Of a stretch of 64,000 bases of DNA, positions 1-10,042 are shown piece after piece. Position 1 is the first letter of the stretch. Each line of letters opens with the position of its first letter. This DNA is from Pseudomonadota bacterium (lineage in GTDB: Bacteria > Pseudomonadota > Gammaproteobacteria > Acidiferrobacterales > UBA6901). Location: the NCBI GenBank assembly GCA_021819085.1, contig JAKASJ010000013.1:7107-71106 (forward strand), read 5' to 3'. The notes below the pieces were generated by a model. The model made no database searches. It had not been told where the DNA came from and saw nothing but the letters and a program-made list of their open reading frames with translations. The position numbers were made by a program, and so were the translations under genes.

Positions 1-141
1 GATCTTCTGCGGCTGCTGTCAAGGATTGACCTGGGCGAAGAGATTCCCGCGAGCCTGTATGTGGCGGTAGCGGAAGTCATCGCTTTCGCCTACCGGCTCA
101 GCGGCAAGAGCGCTGGCGCCCAGCCCCGCGAAGGGCGATGA
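1..141 (+). CDS. 3' end of a small FlhB-C-terminal-domain-like (EscU/YscU/HrcU family) protein; 5' end lies outside the window
   Basis: Frame 1 is open from the window edge to TGA at 139-141. The peptide ...DLGEEIPASLYVAVAEVIAFAYRL... resembles the extreme C-terminus of FlhB/EscU cytoplasmic domains. Confidence 0.5.
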   Translation, partial: DLLRLLSRIDLGEEIPASLYVAVAEVIAFAYRLSGKSAGAQPREGR

Positions 142-192
142 ACCGGGCTTAGCACCACACTGCGGATCGTCTATTGCAGGGGACCCATCCGC

Positions 193-1113
193 TCATGGCG
201 CGAGACAGACTCGGTCGCGACCCGAGCGCTTGGCTTCGTACAGCGCGGCGTCGGCACGCTCGAAAAAGTGCCGTTCACTCTCCTGCACGCGCAGCATTGC
301 GACTCCCGCGCTTACCGTGAACCGGATGCTGCCGCCCGCCATCTGGCAGGGCGTGGCGCGCACCGCGAGACAGATGCGTTCTGCCAGCAAACGCGCGCCA
401 TACTGGTCGGTGCTGTTCATCAGGATGGAAAATTCTTCACCGCCAAAGCGCGAAAGAATATCGCTCTTGCGCGCACAATCGATCAGACGATTGGAAAGCG
501 TCTTGATTACTGCGTCGCCGGTCGCATGGCCATAGCTGTCATTGATATCCTTGAAATTATCGATGTCCAGGATAATCAGAGACAACGGGGTGTTGTTGCG
601 CCTGGCAAGCAGGATCTCCCGGCTCAGGGCGGAGTCCATCGCCGAGCGGTTGTACAGGCCGGTGAGCGGATCCCTGAGCGCCGACTGCAACGCGCGCTGA
701 TACATCAGCGCATTGCGCAGCGGGAAAGCCAGGGTGACCAGCAGGTTTTCGAACAGCACGGTCTCTTCGCGCCGAAACGGCGTGGCGCGCGTCACGACAA
801 GGTGACCCAGCGCTTCATCACCGAGCGCCAGACGATAGGTGCACGAGTGCGTTTGAGGCTTGCCGGTTTCCACCGCTATTTCCTGGATCAGGTTTCCGTA
901 ACTGAGGCTGGCATGCGGGATTACCGGCTGGATCGAGGCGGCGAAAATCCGGACCAACTGTCCAACGTCCAGTGTCGTCTGAAGCCGCGCCAGGAGATCC
1001 GCCGGACCAGATCCAGATTCTCGCGAACCATCACCAACGGTAACCGATCCGGCAGCCTTGGTCGCTGCCGATGCGGCGTCAACGTCGACTTGTAGTTGTT
1101 CGGGCATCACCAT
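193..1113 (-). CDS. Diguanylate cyclase (GGDEF domain) with an unassigned N-terminal sensor region
   Basis: 306-aa ORF. Active-site motif RFGGEEF, with the I-site RKSD five residues upstream. YNRSA...DIDNFKDINDSYGHATGD is typical of GGDEF domains. Confidence 0.9.
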   Translation of the reverse strand: MVMPEQLQVDVDAASAATKAAGSVTVGDGSRESGSGPADLLARLQTTLDVGQLVRIFAASIQPVIPHASLSYGNLIQEIAVETGKPQTHSCTYRLALGDEALGHLVVTRATPFRREETVLFENLLVTLAFPLRNALMYQRALQSALRDPLTGLYNRSAMDSALSREILLARRNNTPLSLIILDIDNFKDINDSYGHATGDAVIKTLSNRLIDCARKSDILSRFGGEEFSILMNSTDQYGARLLAERICLAVRATPCQMAGGSIRFTVSAGVAMLRVQESERHFFERADAALYEAKRSGRDRVCLAP

Positions 1114-1270
1114 TTCTTCTTATTCGTTTTGTCGGGCGCTCGAAACCCGACCCCGCGCCCATAATTCAGAACCTCGCTTCTGAACAGGGCCGGTTCGCGC
1201 ACGCTGCGCCATCTGCACTCTACCGCAATCCGCCACGCACCCTGATTCAGCACGATGGTCAATGACTGGC

Positions 1271-1738
1271 CTAGCCGGCGGCGCGGGCACGACGGGCGGG
1301 ACGCGGCGCACACGGCTTTTCGATAGATCCCGCCTTTGGGACATCCCTCGCGGCAACACCGGTACCGTAGAGCCGCATCATCAGCTCGGCTTCACCCCGG
1401 ACAAGTCCACAGCTGGCCACCAGTTCGGCGGCGTCTGCGCCTTCGCGCACCAATCTTGCCGCAACCGCGTAGGAGTGATCATAGATCTCCTGGCGACCCG
1501 GCTTCTCGGCGGACTCGGAAACGCGAGCGAGCTCGCGCTCTACCCGCCCCAGCCGTTCCGCCAGCCCTGCTGCTTCGGCACGGATCGCTGCCAGATCTGC
1601 CTGCAATCCCTGCGTTGCATCCAGATGCGCACACATGCGGCGCTGGCCGCGCTGACCCATGGCCGCAAGCACCAGTTGCAGGACCGCGCCTACCACCAGG
1701 GCAGCAATACCTAGAACCATCATCAGTTCAGTCTTCAT
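1271..1738 (-). CDS. DUF2802-type flagellar-cluster membrane protein
   Basis: N-terminal TM helix (LGIAALVVGAVLQLVLAA), a coiled-coil middle, and a C-terminal segment YAVAARLVREGADAAELVASCGLVRGEAELMMRL. It sits downstream of cheW, as in Pseudomonas. Confidence 0.65.
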   Translation of the reverse strand: MKTELMMVLGIAALVVGAVLQLVLAAMGQRGQRRMCAHLDATQGLQADLAAIRAEAAGLAERLGRVERELARVSESAEKPGRQEIYDHSYAVAARLVREGADAAELVASCGLVRGEAELMMRLYGTGVAARDVPKAGSIEKPCAPRPARRARAAG

Positions 1739-1976
1739 CAGAACTGCCTCGGGTCTGCATACTCGTCGATATGATCGCGGGAAGATCCGTCTCCCTCATT
1801 CGGCGCCCGCGCAGGTTTATCCTGCGGTGGAGGGCGCGGCTGGCGGCGCCGCTGATCCTTGGGGTCCAGGGGGCGCACGGGTCTCGCTGGAGATGGAGGT
1901 TGTAAGTCACCAAGATCCGGCATTGCGCCCCTCCACGGTCTGCGCCGCAACCAACCGCTGCTTCGAAAATGGCACT

Positions 1977-2474
1977 TCAGGACCCGGCGCCATGGACTGC
2001 CACATCACCCAGGAGCTGATTGAGGTCGATGAGGATCAGGAGTTCGCCGCCATGACTGCAGACACCTTGGACAAAACGTGCCTTTTCCTCGTTTCCGACG
2101 TTGGGTGGTGTCTCAATCTGTTCGGCACGCAATTCCAGCACTTCGGCCACGCTGTCGACAAGCATCCCGACGACCTGCCCCCCGATTTCCGTGATCACGA
2201 TACGCGACTCATCGCTTGTCTGGAGCGCTGGAAGATTGAATCGGCGCCGTGCATCGACCACCGTGACCACGTGGCCACGCAGGTTGATTATGCCCAGGAC
2301 AAAATCCGGTGACCCCGGAACCGGCGTGATCTCACTGACACGCAGCACCTCCTGCACCTGCATCACGTTGATGCCATAGGTCTCGAGGTCGAGCCGGAAG
2401 GTCACCCACTGGGCAACAGGATTTGGAAGAGCCTGTACCGCCTGATTCATTGCCTGCACTCCTGGAAGCCGCAC
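1977..2474 (-). CDS. cheW: Chemotaxis coupling protein CheW
   Basis: CheW domain: VTFRLDLETYGINVMQVQEVL...GIINLRGHVVTVVDARRRF. The start may be the internal Met at 2450. Confidence 0.9.
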   Translation of the reverse strand: MRLPGVQAMNQAVQALPNPVAQWVTFRLDLETYGINVMQVQEVLRVSEITPVPGSPDFVLGIINLRGHVVTVVDARRRFNLPALQTSDESRIVITEIGGQVVGMLVDSVAEVLELRAEQIETPPNVGNEEKARFVQGVCSHGGELLILIDLNQLLGDVAVHGAGS

Positions 2475-2582
2475 CCTTGGCGCCGCCGCCCCTTCATTAC
2501 GACGCCCGTCCGTCCCTGATCCATGAGGCCGTCCCTGGGACCGAAAGATAGCGCCAATTTTCTGGCATTTATATCGCTAGGC

Positions 2583-2598
2583 TGCAGGATCCGTGCCA
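2583..2598 (-). promoter_or_regulatory. Candidate sigma54-type promoter upstream of cheW (TGGCAC-N5-CTGCA)
   Basis: Reverse complement reads TGGCACGGATCCTGCA. GG-N10-GC spacing is correct, but the -12 element is CTGC rather than TTGC. It lies in the parP-cheW gap, ~110-130 nt upstream of cheW. Confidence 0.35.
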
Positions 2599-2606
2599 GC
2601 ATGTTG

Positions 2607-3257
2607 TCAAGACTTTGTCTGGCGGTCAAACAGGGCAATCAATGCGTCGACATCTATTAGAGCATAGCCAAATCGGGACACCGTGCCGGCAAGCCAGGAG
2701 CGCCGCGTCCGGACCGTACGCCAGAGCACGTGGCCAGGTTCGAGACTGTCCGCTGCAAGGTACCCGTCACAGCCAAGCCCCCAGCAGCTGTCCTGGAGTA
2801 CGATTATGGTACTGGGCTGCCAGGCAAGTGGTTGCCGCTCGGGCGGCAAGATAAAGCCGCACAGATTCACGACCGTGATGTTAATGTCGGCGACGCCAAG
2901 CGTGCCCATCACCCAAGGCGGGGAATCGGCGGCTGAAGCTGCAAGATTCAGTGCATCCACGACGTTCCTGACCTTGTCGGACGGCAGCGCCAGCTTGAGA
3001 CCCGCCAGGCTGAAAACCTGCACCGCCATGGCGCGCACCGTCTCACCGGCGGCGGTGTCGTCCGTGCGCGGTGCGTCCCCGGGCAACGGACCCGTTGTTG
3101 GCGGGGAAGCGGACGGTTCACGGGTATCTGTTTCCGTCGATGACCCTGCCAGATCGGGCGCCACGGCGCTGTCGCGCAGCACCTCTTCAAGATAGCCCGC
3201 CAGCGCCTCGGTAGCCACGGGCAGACGGTCCGATCCGCGTCCGGCAGAGCCATTCAT
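2607..3257 (-). CDS. parP: ParP-like CheW-domain protein (chemotaxis array polar-localisation partner)
   Basis: Acidic/Pro-rich N-terminus followed by a CheW-like domain (VQVFSLAGLKLALPSDKV...). Its start overlaps the stop of the upstream ParA-like gene (ATGA). Position matches Vibrio parC-parP and Pseudomonas PA1462-63. Confidence 0.65.
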   Translation of the reverse strand: MNGSAGRGSDRLPVATEALAGYLEEVLRDSAVAPDLAGSSTETDTREPSASPPTTGPLPGDAPRTDDTAAGETVRAMAVQVFSLAGLKLALPSDKVRNVVDALNLAASAADSPPWVMGTLGVADINITVVNLCGFILPPERQPLAWQPSTIIVLQDSCWGLGCDGYLAADSLEPGHVLWRTVRTRRSWLAGTVSRFGYALIDVDALIALFDRQTKS

Positions 3258-4051
3258 ACCGCAGCGCCGGCCGGCACAGGCGGATCGACAGCGGCCAGCA
3301 AATGGTCAAGCAACGCCGAATAGGCGGTAACCGCCCGCGCCTGAGGAAAGTGCTGGCAAGGCGTTATCCCGGCACGGCTCGCCTCGCGCAATTGGGTATC
3401 CACCGGAACCGTGCCGGACCAGAGGTGGTCCGGATAGCGCTCCTGCAGCTGACTCAGCGTGTCGAGTGAGGCGCGCGTACGCCGGTCGAACAGCGTGGGA
3501 ACAATCACATACGGCAGGTCAAGGCGACGTGAGCGCGTCACCATGCTCAGGGTATGCAGCATCCGTTCGAGACCCTTGAGTGCAAGAAACTCGGTCTGCA
3601 CAGGAATGATCAGGCGCTCGCAGGCGGCAAGGGCGTTGACCATGAGCAGCCCGAGCGCCGGTGGACAATCAATCAGCACATAGTCAAAGCGGCCACTGAG
3701 CTGCGCCAGGTAACGCGCCACCACGAGCCCCATGCCATCGCGCGCGCCCAGACGACGATCGAGCGTCGACAGCGCAGTGGATGCCGGAACCAGTGAAAGC
3801 CGCTCGCAGCCGGTCGGTCGAACCGAATCCGGATGCGCTGCCGAACCGGCGGCGGCATCAGCGAAGATATCGTAGACGCTCGATTCGACGGACTCCGGGT
3901 CGTAACCGAAATAGGCCGTGAGTGAGCCTTGCGGATCCAGATCCACCAGCAGGGTTTCGCGACCCCGCTGCGCCAGAAGACCGGCGAGCGCCACCGCGGT
4001 GGTGGTTTTCCCGACCCCGCCCTTCTGGTTGGCGATGGACCAGATATTCAC
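3254..4051 (-). CDS. parC: ParC-like ParA/MinD-family ATPase of the chemotaxis cluster
   Basis: Deviant Walker A at the N-terminus: IANQKGGVGKTTTAVALA. ParA-family length (265 aa). Located between motD and the CheW-like gene. Confidence 0.8.
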   Translation of the reverse strand: MNIWSIANQKGGVGKTTTAVALAGLLAQRGRETLLVDLDPQGSLTAYFGYDPESVESSVYDIFADAAAGSAAHPDSVRPTGCERLSLVPASTALSTLDRRLGARDGMGLVVARYLAQLSGRFDYVLIDCPPALGLLMVNALAACERLIIPVQTEFLALKGLERMLHTLSMVTRSRRLDLPYVIVPTLFDRRTRASLDTLSQLQERYPDHLWSGTVPVDTQLREASRAGITPCQHFPQARAVTAYSALLDHLLAAVDPPVPAGAAV

Positions 4052-5001
4052 GGACCGCTCCGCGCGGCAGGCAACGTCTGGGGCAGCGCGTTCCGGACCG
4101 CAGGCGCGGCAGCTGCAGCGCCGAAATGCTCATGCTGCGGAATGATGCCCATCATGTCGGGGGAATCGGAATGCGCCAGTACAATCAGCACCACGCGGCG
4201 GTTCTTGTTGCGGCCAATCCGCGTGCCGTTGCTGGCAACCGGACGGTATTTACCCAATCCGATTGCCGCCATGCGCTGCGGATCGATACCGGCACGCATG
4301 AACAGCTGTACCACGCTCACCGCCCGGGCGGCCGAAAGCTCCCAGTTCGACGGGTAGGCCAAAGTATGAATTGGCTTGTTGTCCGTAAACCCCTCGACGT
4401 GGATCGGATTCGGAAACTTGTGCAGCACCTTGGCGATTTTCGCAAGAACCGGGACCGCATCAGACTGAAGTCGCGCGCTGCCGCTCGGGAACAGGACGCT
4501 GGCTCTGATTTCGACTGCCAAGTACAGGCTGCTGCGCCGCACTACGATCAGCTTTGCCTTGATGAGCGAGCGCATGGCGTGCTCGATCTGATCGCCCATC
4601 TGTTTCATCGCTGCTTCCTGCTTGACCGTCGCCACCTGCCTGTCAGACAACTTGGATTGTGGCGCCGCAGAGGGAACCGGCAACGGCAGCGATATCGGCG
4701 CCGGGCTCATCTGCGGCCCGCCGGAAAGCGGCGGCCCGGGACGCAACATCGGATCGGGCGGTCTCGGGAACGGAACGCGGGCAGGCTTGCCGAACTGGAT
4801 GGGCAGCATGGTCTTCGGATGCCCGCGAAATGCCGCCATGAGCGCATCGGACAGCACACGGAACTTTCCTTCATTGACCGCCGAGACCGAATACATCACC
4901 ACGAAAAACGCGAACAGGAGGGTAATGAAATCCGCGTACGACACGAGCCAACGCTCGTGGTTCTCGTGTTCCTCATGTTTTCCTTTACGCGCCATGGCCA
5001 C
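4048..5001 (-). CDS. motD: Flagellar stator protein MotD (MotB family, OmpA-like C-terminal domain)
   Basis: MotB N-terminal signature HERWLVSYADFITLLFAFFVVMY. C-terminal peptidoglycan-binding region GFTDNKPI...SNWELSAARA. Confidence 0.85.
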   Translation of the reverse strand: MAMARKGKHEEHENHERWLVSYADFITLLFAFFVVMYSVSAVNEGKFRVLSDALMAAFRGHPKTMLPIQFGKPARVPFPRPPDPMLRPGPPLSGGPQMSPAPISLPLPVPSAAPQSKLSDRQVATVKQEAAMKQMGDQIEHAMRSLIKAKLIVVRRSSLYLAVEIRASVLFPSGSARLQSDAVPVLAKIAKVLHKFPNPIHVEGFTDNKPIHTLAYPSNWELSAARAVSVVQLFMRAGIDPQRMAAIGLGKYRPVASNGTRIGRNKNRRVVLIVLAHSDSPDMMGIIPQHEHFGAAAAAPAVRNALPQTLPAARSGP

Positions 5002-5117
5002 TCATCAATCCGCAACACTCCAACACCACCGATTTTCGCGTGGCGATCGGCAAGCGTGGCCGATCCGGCACATCGTTTCGACGCCCCACACGCGCGCCCT
5101 GCTGCCGCCAGCCGCCT

Positions 5118-5858
5118 TCAATGTGCGTACCCCTGCAGCTTGGTCTCGATGTTCCGCGGGTTCTCTCCCCCAGCGATCGAAATGATGCCTTCGATGATCA
5201 TCACCCTGAACTGCGTCTGAACATGAACCTGGCTCTTGAGCTTGTTGGAAAACGGCAGATAGAGCAGATTCGCCGAGCCCACACCGTAGATGGTCGCCAC
5301 GAAGGCTGTGGCGATGCCCGCCCCGAGTTTGGACGGATCGGCCAGGTGCGACATCACGTGGATCAGGCCCATGACCGCACCGATGATGCCGATAGTCGGG
5401 CTGTAGCCACCCATGCTTTCGAATACTTTGGCGGCCTGCGTATCACGATGTTCCGTGGCTTCGAGATCCACTTCGAGTATGGCGCGTATCGTGTCCGGCT
5501 CGGTGCCGTCCACAAGCAGCTGCAGGCCCTTGCTCGCAAACGGATCGGGCTCGGACTCAGCGATCGATTCGAGTCCGAGCAACCCCTCCTTGCGCGCAAT
5601 CTGGCTCCAGCCGACGATTTTCTCTATTACCGCTGCCGGCGCAAGCCTGGGAGGCATGAAAATCCACACCGCAATCTTAAGGGCGCGCAGAAACACCTTG
5701 AGCGGCGTCTGCAGCAGGATCGCCCCGATGGTCCCACCGAAGACGATGACGAACGCAGTCACCTGAAGCAGCGACCGGGTCTGGCCGCCGTCGATCAGAT
5801 TGCCGCCGAGAATGGCTCCGATGCCGAGAATCAGGCCGAATAGACTCAGGATATCCAC
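5118..5858 (-). CDS. motC: Flagellar stator protein MotC (MotA/PomA family)
   Basis: 246-aa four-TM protein. The C-terminal segment ATIYGVGSANLLYLPFSNKL is typical of MotA/ExbB channels. Immediately upstream of motD. Confidence 0.85.
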   Translation of the reverse strand: MDILSLFGLILGIGAILGGNLIDGGQTRSLLQVTAFVIVFGGTIGAILLQTPLKVFLRALKIAVWIFMPPRLAPAAVIEKIVGWSQIARKEGLLGLESIAESEPDPFASKGLQLLVDGTEPDTIRAILEVDLEATEHRDTQAAKVFESMGGYSPTIGIIGAVMGLIHVMSHLADPSKLGAGIATAFVATIYGVGSANLLYLPFSNKLKSQVHVQTQFRVMIIEGIISIAGGENPRNIETKLQGYAH

Positions 5859-5861
5859 GGC

Positions 5862-6905
5862 CTAGACTTTCCTCGCCAGCGCCGCCCCGATATCGGAGAG
5901 GGATATCACTTGATCGGCAAGACCGGCCTCAGCTACAGCCATGGGCATACCGTAGATGGCGCACGACGCTTCGTCCTGCGCCCAGACGGTCGAACCGTTA
6001 CCCTTGAGCGCGCGTGCACCTTCGCGTCCATCCGCGCCCATGCCGGTGAGCACCACCGCTAGCACCTTCCCCGGGAAGACCGCCGCCGCCGAACCGAATG
6101 TAACGTCCAGACTGGGGTGGTAGTGCTGGCTGATCTCGCTGTCACGGATACGTACAACGGCTCCATCGCGCTTCGCATCAAGCTGCATCTGCCGCCCGCC
6201 CGGCGCCAGCAGCGCTGTTCCTGGCTGCAGGGTATCTCCATCGCGCGCCTCGCGCACGGTGATTGCGCAGAGGTCGTTCAGGCGCTGCGCAAACGCCGGC
6301 GTGAAACTCGCCGGCATATGCTGTACCAGCAGCAGCGGCAGGGGAAAGTCTCCGGGCAGCTTACTCAGCACCTGGCGCAGCGCCACCGGTCCGCCGGTGG
6401 AAGCCCCAATCAGAACCAGACGATAGTTGCCCGCCGTCCGGGCAACAGCCGACTGCGCGCTATGCTCCGCACCGGTGCCTGGGGCATCGCTTCGACGGTG
6501 GGCGGAGCTACGAAGCCCGAGGGCTCGTACCCGCGCACACAACCGGCGTTTAGCCTCGTTATGATCGCGTGAGATGTCCTCCAGGCGCTTGGGCAGGTAA
6601 TCCATCGCACCGGCATCCAGAGCGTCGAGCGTCGCCTGTGCGCCTTCATGCGTGAGCGAGGAGAACATGAGAATCGGCGTCGGCCGACTCGCCATGATCC
6701 GTCGCACCGCATTGATGCCGTCGAGCACCGGCATTTCTATGTCCATGGTGATGACGTCCGGCCGCAGCTGCGCGGTCTTTTCGATCGCCTCCATACCGTT
6801 GGCCGCAAACCCAGCCACTTCGATAAGGGGATCGGCCTCGAGAATCTCCGCAATACGGCGGCGAAAGAATCCGGAGTCGTCGACGATGAGTGCCCGAACG
6901 CTCAT
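5862..6905 (-). CDS. cheB: Chemotaxis methylesterase CheB
   Basis: Receiver domain (VRALIVDDS...DVITMDIEMPVLDG) plus methylesterase domain (GASTGGP...VQHMPASFT...GMGADG). Confidence 0.95.
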   Translation of the reverse strand: MSVRALIVDDSGFFRRRIAEILEADPLIEVAGFAANGMEAIEKTAQLRPDVITMDIEMPVLDGINAVRRIMASRPTPILMFSSLTHEGAQATLDALDAGAMDYLPKRLEDISRDHNEAKRRLCARVRALGLRSSAHRRSDAPGTGAEHSAQSAVARTAGNYRLVLIGASTGGPVALRQVLSKLPGDFPLPLLLVQHMPASFTPAFAQRLNDLCAITVREARDGDTLQPGTALLAPGGRQMQLDAKRDGAVVRIRDSEISQHYHPSLDVTFGSAAAVFPGKVLAVVLTGMGADGREGARALKGNGSTVWAQDEASCAIYGMPMAVAEAGLADQVISLSDIGAALARKV

Positions 6906-8803
6906 CAGGCAACCTCGCTCTGGCGCGCCCCGCGCCCATAGGTGCGCATGAGGCCGGGCACATCGAGGATGAGTGCCATGCGGCCGTTACCGGTGATCGT
7001 AGCGCCGGCCAGCCCAGAAGTACCCTGCAGCAGCGCGCCAAGAGGCTTGATCACCACCTCCTCCTGACCGATCAGGCCATCAACGATGAAGCCGACCCGC
7101 TGCCCGCCGGCGGCGACAATCACCACATGACCCGACTCCGGCCACAGCTGGCCGGATCCGTCGCCGCTCAGCCAGTGCCGCAGATAGAAAATCGGCAGAG
7201 GATGATCTCGTACCATCACGACGCGCTGTCCGTCGATGCTGCTGTGCTTTTTTAAATCCAGTTGCAGAATTTCGGCTACGCAGGTGAGCGGAAGTGCAAA
7301 AATCTGTGTTCCAACCATGACCATAAGGGTCGGCATGATCGCCAGGGTCAGCGGTACCCTTATGATCATGCGGGTACCCTTGCCGGGCTCAGACTCGATG
7401 TCTATCGTCCCGTTGAGCTGGGTAATGCGCGTCTTGACCACGTCCATGCCGACGCCGCGCCCGGATACATCGGTAATTTCGTTCTTGGTGGAAAATCCCG
7501 GCAGAAAAATCAGTCCGTAGCAGTCCTCGCGCCCAAGACGTGCCGCAGCATCGGAATCCAGTACACCCTTTTCCACCGCCTTGCGCCGCAACATCTCCGG
7601 ATCCATGCCGGCGCCGTCGTCGGCAATCACGATCCGTATGTGATCGCCTTCCTGCGATGCGGCCAGCAGCACGCGCCCGGCACCGGGCTTTCCCGACGCC
7701 TGCCGGCCCTCCGGGGCCTCGACGCCGTGATCTACCGCATTGCGCACGAGATGCACCAGCGGATCCGCAAGCGCCTCAACCAGGTTCTTGTCGAGATCGG
7801 TGTCCTCGCCCTGCAGCTCTAGCACAACCTCCTTGCCGAGGCTGCGCGCAAGATCGCGCACCACGCGCGGAAAGCGTCCGAACACCTTCTTGATCGGCTG
7901 CATGCGCGTCTTCATGACCGCGATCTGCAGGTTGGCAGTAACGACGTCTATGTTGGCGACCGCGGCCGCCATCTGCTCGTCGCTCGTGGCCGCTTTGAGC
8001 GTGACCAGGCGGTTACGCACAAGCACGAGTTCTCCGACCATGTTCATGATGTCATCCAGACGCCGAGTATCCACACGCACCGTGCTCTCGGCGACGGCCG
8101 TGGCAGCTGGGGCGGCCGAGGAAACGGCCGGCGGCGGCTCGTTCACGATCTCGCCGGACACCGATTTGACCGCCGGCATGTGCCTTGGCTCGTTCTTTTC
8201 AGTCGGCGCGCCCTGAAGGGCATCGAGCAGGGCCTCGAACTCAGCGTCCGTGATCTCGCCACCTTGTCCAGCGTTGGCAGCACCCGCATGCGGTGGCGGA
8301 GCCGATGGGGGCAGCGCCTTCAGCAAAGCCTCGAATTCCTGGTCGGTGAGATCGTCGGTATTCTCGGGCAGCTCAGGTTGGTCCTTGGCTGCGGGCAACT
8401 GCATAACGGGCTCCGCCGGCTGCACCAGCAGCTCGAGACGAGCAAGCAGCTGCATGTCGACCGGCGCAAGCTCATTGCCCGCTCTCAGTGCCTGGAACAT
8501 GGCATTCACCACATCCACGGCCTGCAATACCACATCCATGAGGCCGGCATCGACCGTGCGTTTACCCTGGCGCAGGACATTGAAGACGTCCTCCGAGCGA
8601 TGGCACAGATCGACCAGCGGGTTCAGATTGAGAAATCCGGCGCCGCCCTTGATTGTGTGAAAGGCGCGGAACACCGCGTTCAGAAGTTCGTAGTCCCCGG
8701 GGCGGCTCTCCAATTCCACCAACTGCCCGCCCAGGTTCTCTACGATTTCCCCAGCTTCAACCAAGAAGTCCTGCAGAATCTTGTCGTCGGCATCTATCGC
8801 CAT
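6905..8803 (-). CDS. cheA: Chemotaxis histidine kinase CheA
   Basis: Hpt motif FHTIKGGAGFL, N-box HLVRNAVDHG, G1 DDGAGMD, G2 GRGVGMDVV, and a C-terminal CheW-like domain. Confidence 0.95.
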   Translation of the reverse strand: MAIDADDKILQDFLVEAGEIVENLGGQLVELESRPGDYELLNAVFRAFHTIKGGAGFLNLNPLVDLCHRSEDVFNVLRQGKRTVDAGLMDVVLQAVDVVNAMFQALRAGNELAPVDMQLLARLELLVQPAEPVMQLPAAKDQPELPENTDDLTDQEFEALLKALPPSAPPPHAGAANAGQGGEITDAEFEALLDALQGAPTEKNEPRHMPAVKSVSGEIVNEPPPAVSSAAPAATAVAESTVRVDTRRLDDIMNMVGELVLVRNRLVTLKAATSDEQMAAAVANIDVVTANLQIAVMKTRMQPIKKVFGRFPRVVRDLARSLGKEVVLELQGEDTDLDKNLVEALADPLVHLVRNAVDHGVEAPEGRQASGKPGAGRVLLAASQEGDHIRIVIADDGAGMDPEMLRRKAVEKGVLDSDAAARLGREDCYGLIFLPGFSTKNEITDVSGRGVGMDVVKTRITQLNGTIDIESEPGKGTRMIIRVPLTLAIMPTLMVMVGTQIFALPLTCVAEILQLDLKKHSSIDGQRVVMVRDHPLPIFYLRHWLSGDGSGQLWPESGHVVIVAAGGQRVGFIVDGLIGQEEVVIKPLGALLQGTSGLAGATITGNGRMALILDVPGLMRTYGRGARQSEVA

Positions 8804-8815
8804 GGCCGGGTTCCG

Positions 8816-9553
8816 TCAGAATCCGAGGCTGGACAGAAGGCTGTCCACCTCATCCTGGTTTGCCACGACGTCCGGGCGCTCGGAGGGCCTGATCTGCGGA
8901 CCCTCCAGGACCGTTGCGGATTCCTTAGCGCGGTCCACCGGAATGATGCGCTGGCGCGATACCCGGATAAGCCCGACCAGGCTGTCTTCGACTTCCTGCA
9001 CCAGGCGGATTACGCGATGGATGATCTGCCCGGTTATGTCCTGGTACTCCTGAGCCATGAGAATTTCCATCAGGTTCGAGTGAATGCACGAAGCATCCGC
9101 CGTGATCGCTGCCAGAAACTCCTCTATGCGCCGGGCCAGCATACGGAACTCATCGGGTGTCAATTCGCGTCGCGTAAAGCGTGTCCATTCGCCCTTCAGG
9201 CTCGTGGCGCTCTCGCCCAGCCGGTTACTCATCGGCATGGTTTCCTCGATGGCGCTGAGCGTGCGGCGGGCAGCCTGCTCGGTCATCGAAATGACATGGT
9301 TCAACCGGTCGCGCGCGTCGGGGATATCCTTTTCGGCGATCGAAACCACACGCGCATCCAGACGGAACCCGTTGAGCGAGTCGTGCAGATCGCGCGTGAG
9401 ACGTCCGATCTCGTGAAACAGGTCCGCGTCACGATCATTGTGAAATTCGTCCAGAAGACGGCTGGCGTCATCGTCGCCGCCAGACTCCTCGATGCGCTTG
9501 GCCAGCATGCGCACCTCCTCCAGACACTGATTTTTAGTCATTTTCTTGTTCAT
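8816..9553 (-). CDS. cheZ: CheY-P phosphatase CheZ
   Basis: Catalytic signature QEYQDITGQIIHRV, with the acidic C-terminal CheY-binding tail DEVDSLLSSLGF. Start moved to MNKKM (GGGAG Shine-Dalgarno upstream); the ORF track begins at 9592. Confidence 0.85.
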   Translation of the reverse strand: MNKKMTKNQCLEEVRMLAKRIEESGGDDDASRLLDEFHNDRDADLFHEIGRLTRDLHDSLNGFRLDARVVSIAEKDIPDARDRLNHVISMTEQAARRTLSAIEETMPMSNRLGESATSLKGEWTRFTRRELTPDEFRMLARRIEEFLAAITADASCIHSNLMEILMAQEYQDITGQIIHRVIRLVQEVEDSLVGLIRVSRQRIIPVDRAKESATVLEGPQIRPSERPDVVANQDEVDSLLSSLGF

Positions 9554-9588
9554 TCCCGCTCCCAGGTTTTCATGCACAGACGCGCCCC

Positions 9589-9981
9589 TCACGCACTGGC
9601 CGCGATCCGTTCGAATATCTTGTCGATCTTCTCTTTCAGGGTATTGGCGGTAAATGGTTTGACTATGTAGCCATTGATGCCGGCCTGCGCGGCCTCGACG
9701 ATCTGCTCGCGCTTGGCCTCGGCCGTGACCATCAGTACCGGAAGCTTTGCCAGATTTGCATCCGCACGGACTGCGCGCAGCAGCTCCAGCCCGGACATCC
9801 CCGGCATGTTCCAGTCGGTAACCAGAAACTGAATGCCGCCGCCGCGCAGGATCGGAAGCGCCGTGTTGCCGTCGTCCGCCTCGACCACATTGTTGTAGCC
9901 AAGATCCCGCAGCAGGTTTTTGATAATTCCGCGCATCGTGGCGAAATCGTCCACGATCAGGATCTTCGTGTTTTTGTCCAT
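9589..9981 (-). CDS. cheY: Chemotaxis response regulator CheY
   Basis: [11 protein letters not shown] ... [13 protein letters not shown] ... VLMVTAEAK ... GYIVKPF. Start placed at MDKNTK (GGAGG Shine-Dalgarno 7 nt upstream). The 27 upstream codons in the ORF track look like read-in. Confidence 0.95.
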   Translation of the reverse strand: MDKNTKILIVDDFATMRGIIKNLLRDLGYNNVVEADDGNTALPILRGGGIQFLVTDWNMPGMSGLELLRAVRADANLAKLPVLMVTAEAKREQIVEAAQAGINGYIVKPFTANTLKEKIDKIFERIAASA

Positions 9982-10042
9982 ACTGCCTCCACTTGAACTA
10001 ACGGCCGTTCCAGGTTTGCGTGCTGGTCCCCAGGTCCGGGTG

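Noticed and set aside
17-29. GTCAAGGATTGAC, similar to the putative enhancer motif.
   Set aside because: It lies inside the 3' coding end of the partial flhB-like gene, at a convergent gene junction with no promoter nearby. It is probably a chance match.
2737-2752. GGTTCGAGAC resembling a tRNA T-loop.
   Set aside because: The flanking bases cannot form a T-stem (CCAGG versus CTGTC), and the site lies inside the parP coding region. I found no tRNA-like cloverleaf elsewhere in the window.
9998-10024. A GCCGTTAG -10-like element upstream of cheY as a sigma28 promoter.
   Set aside because: No TAAA-type -35 lies at the required 11-nt spacing (the sequence there is AGCACGCA).
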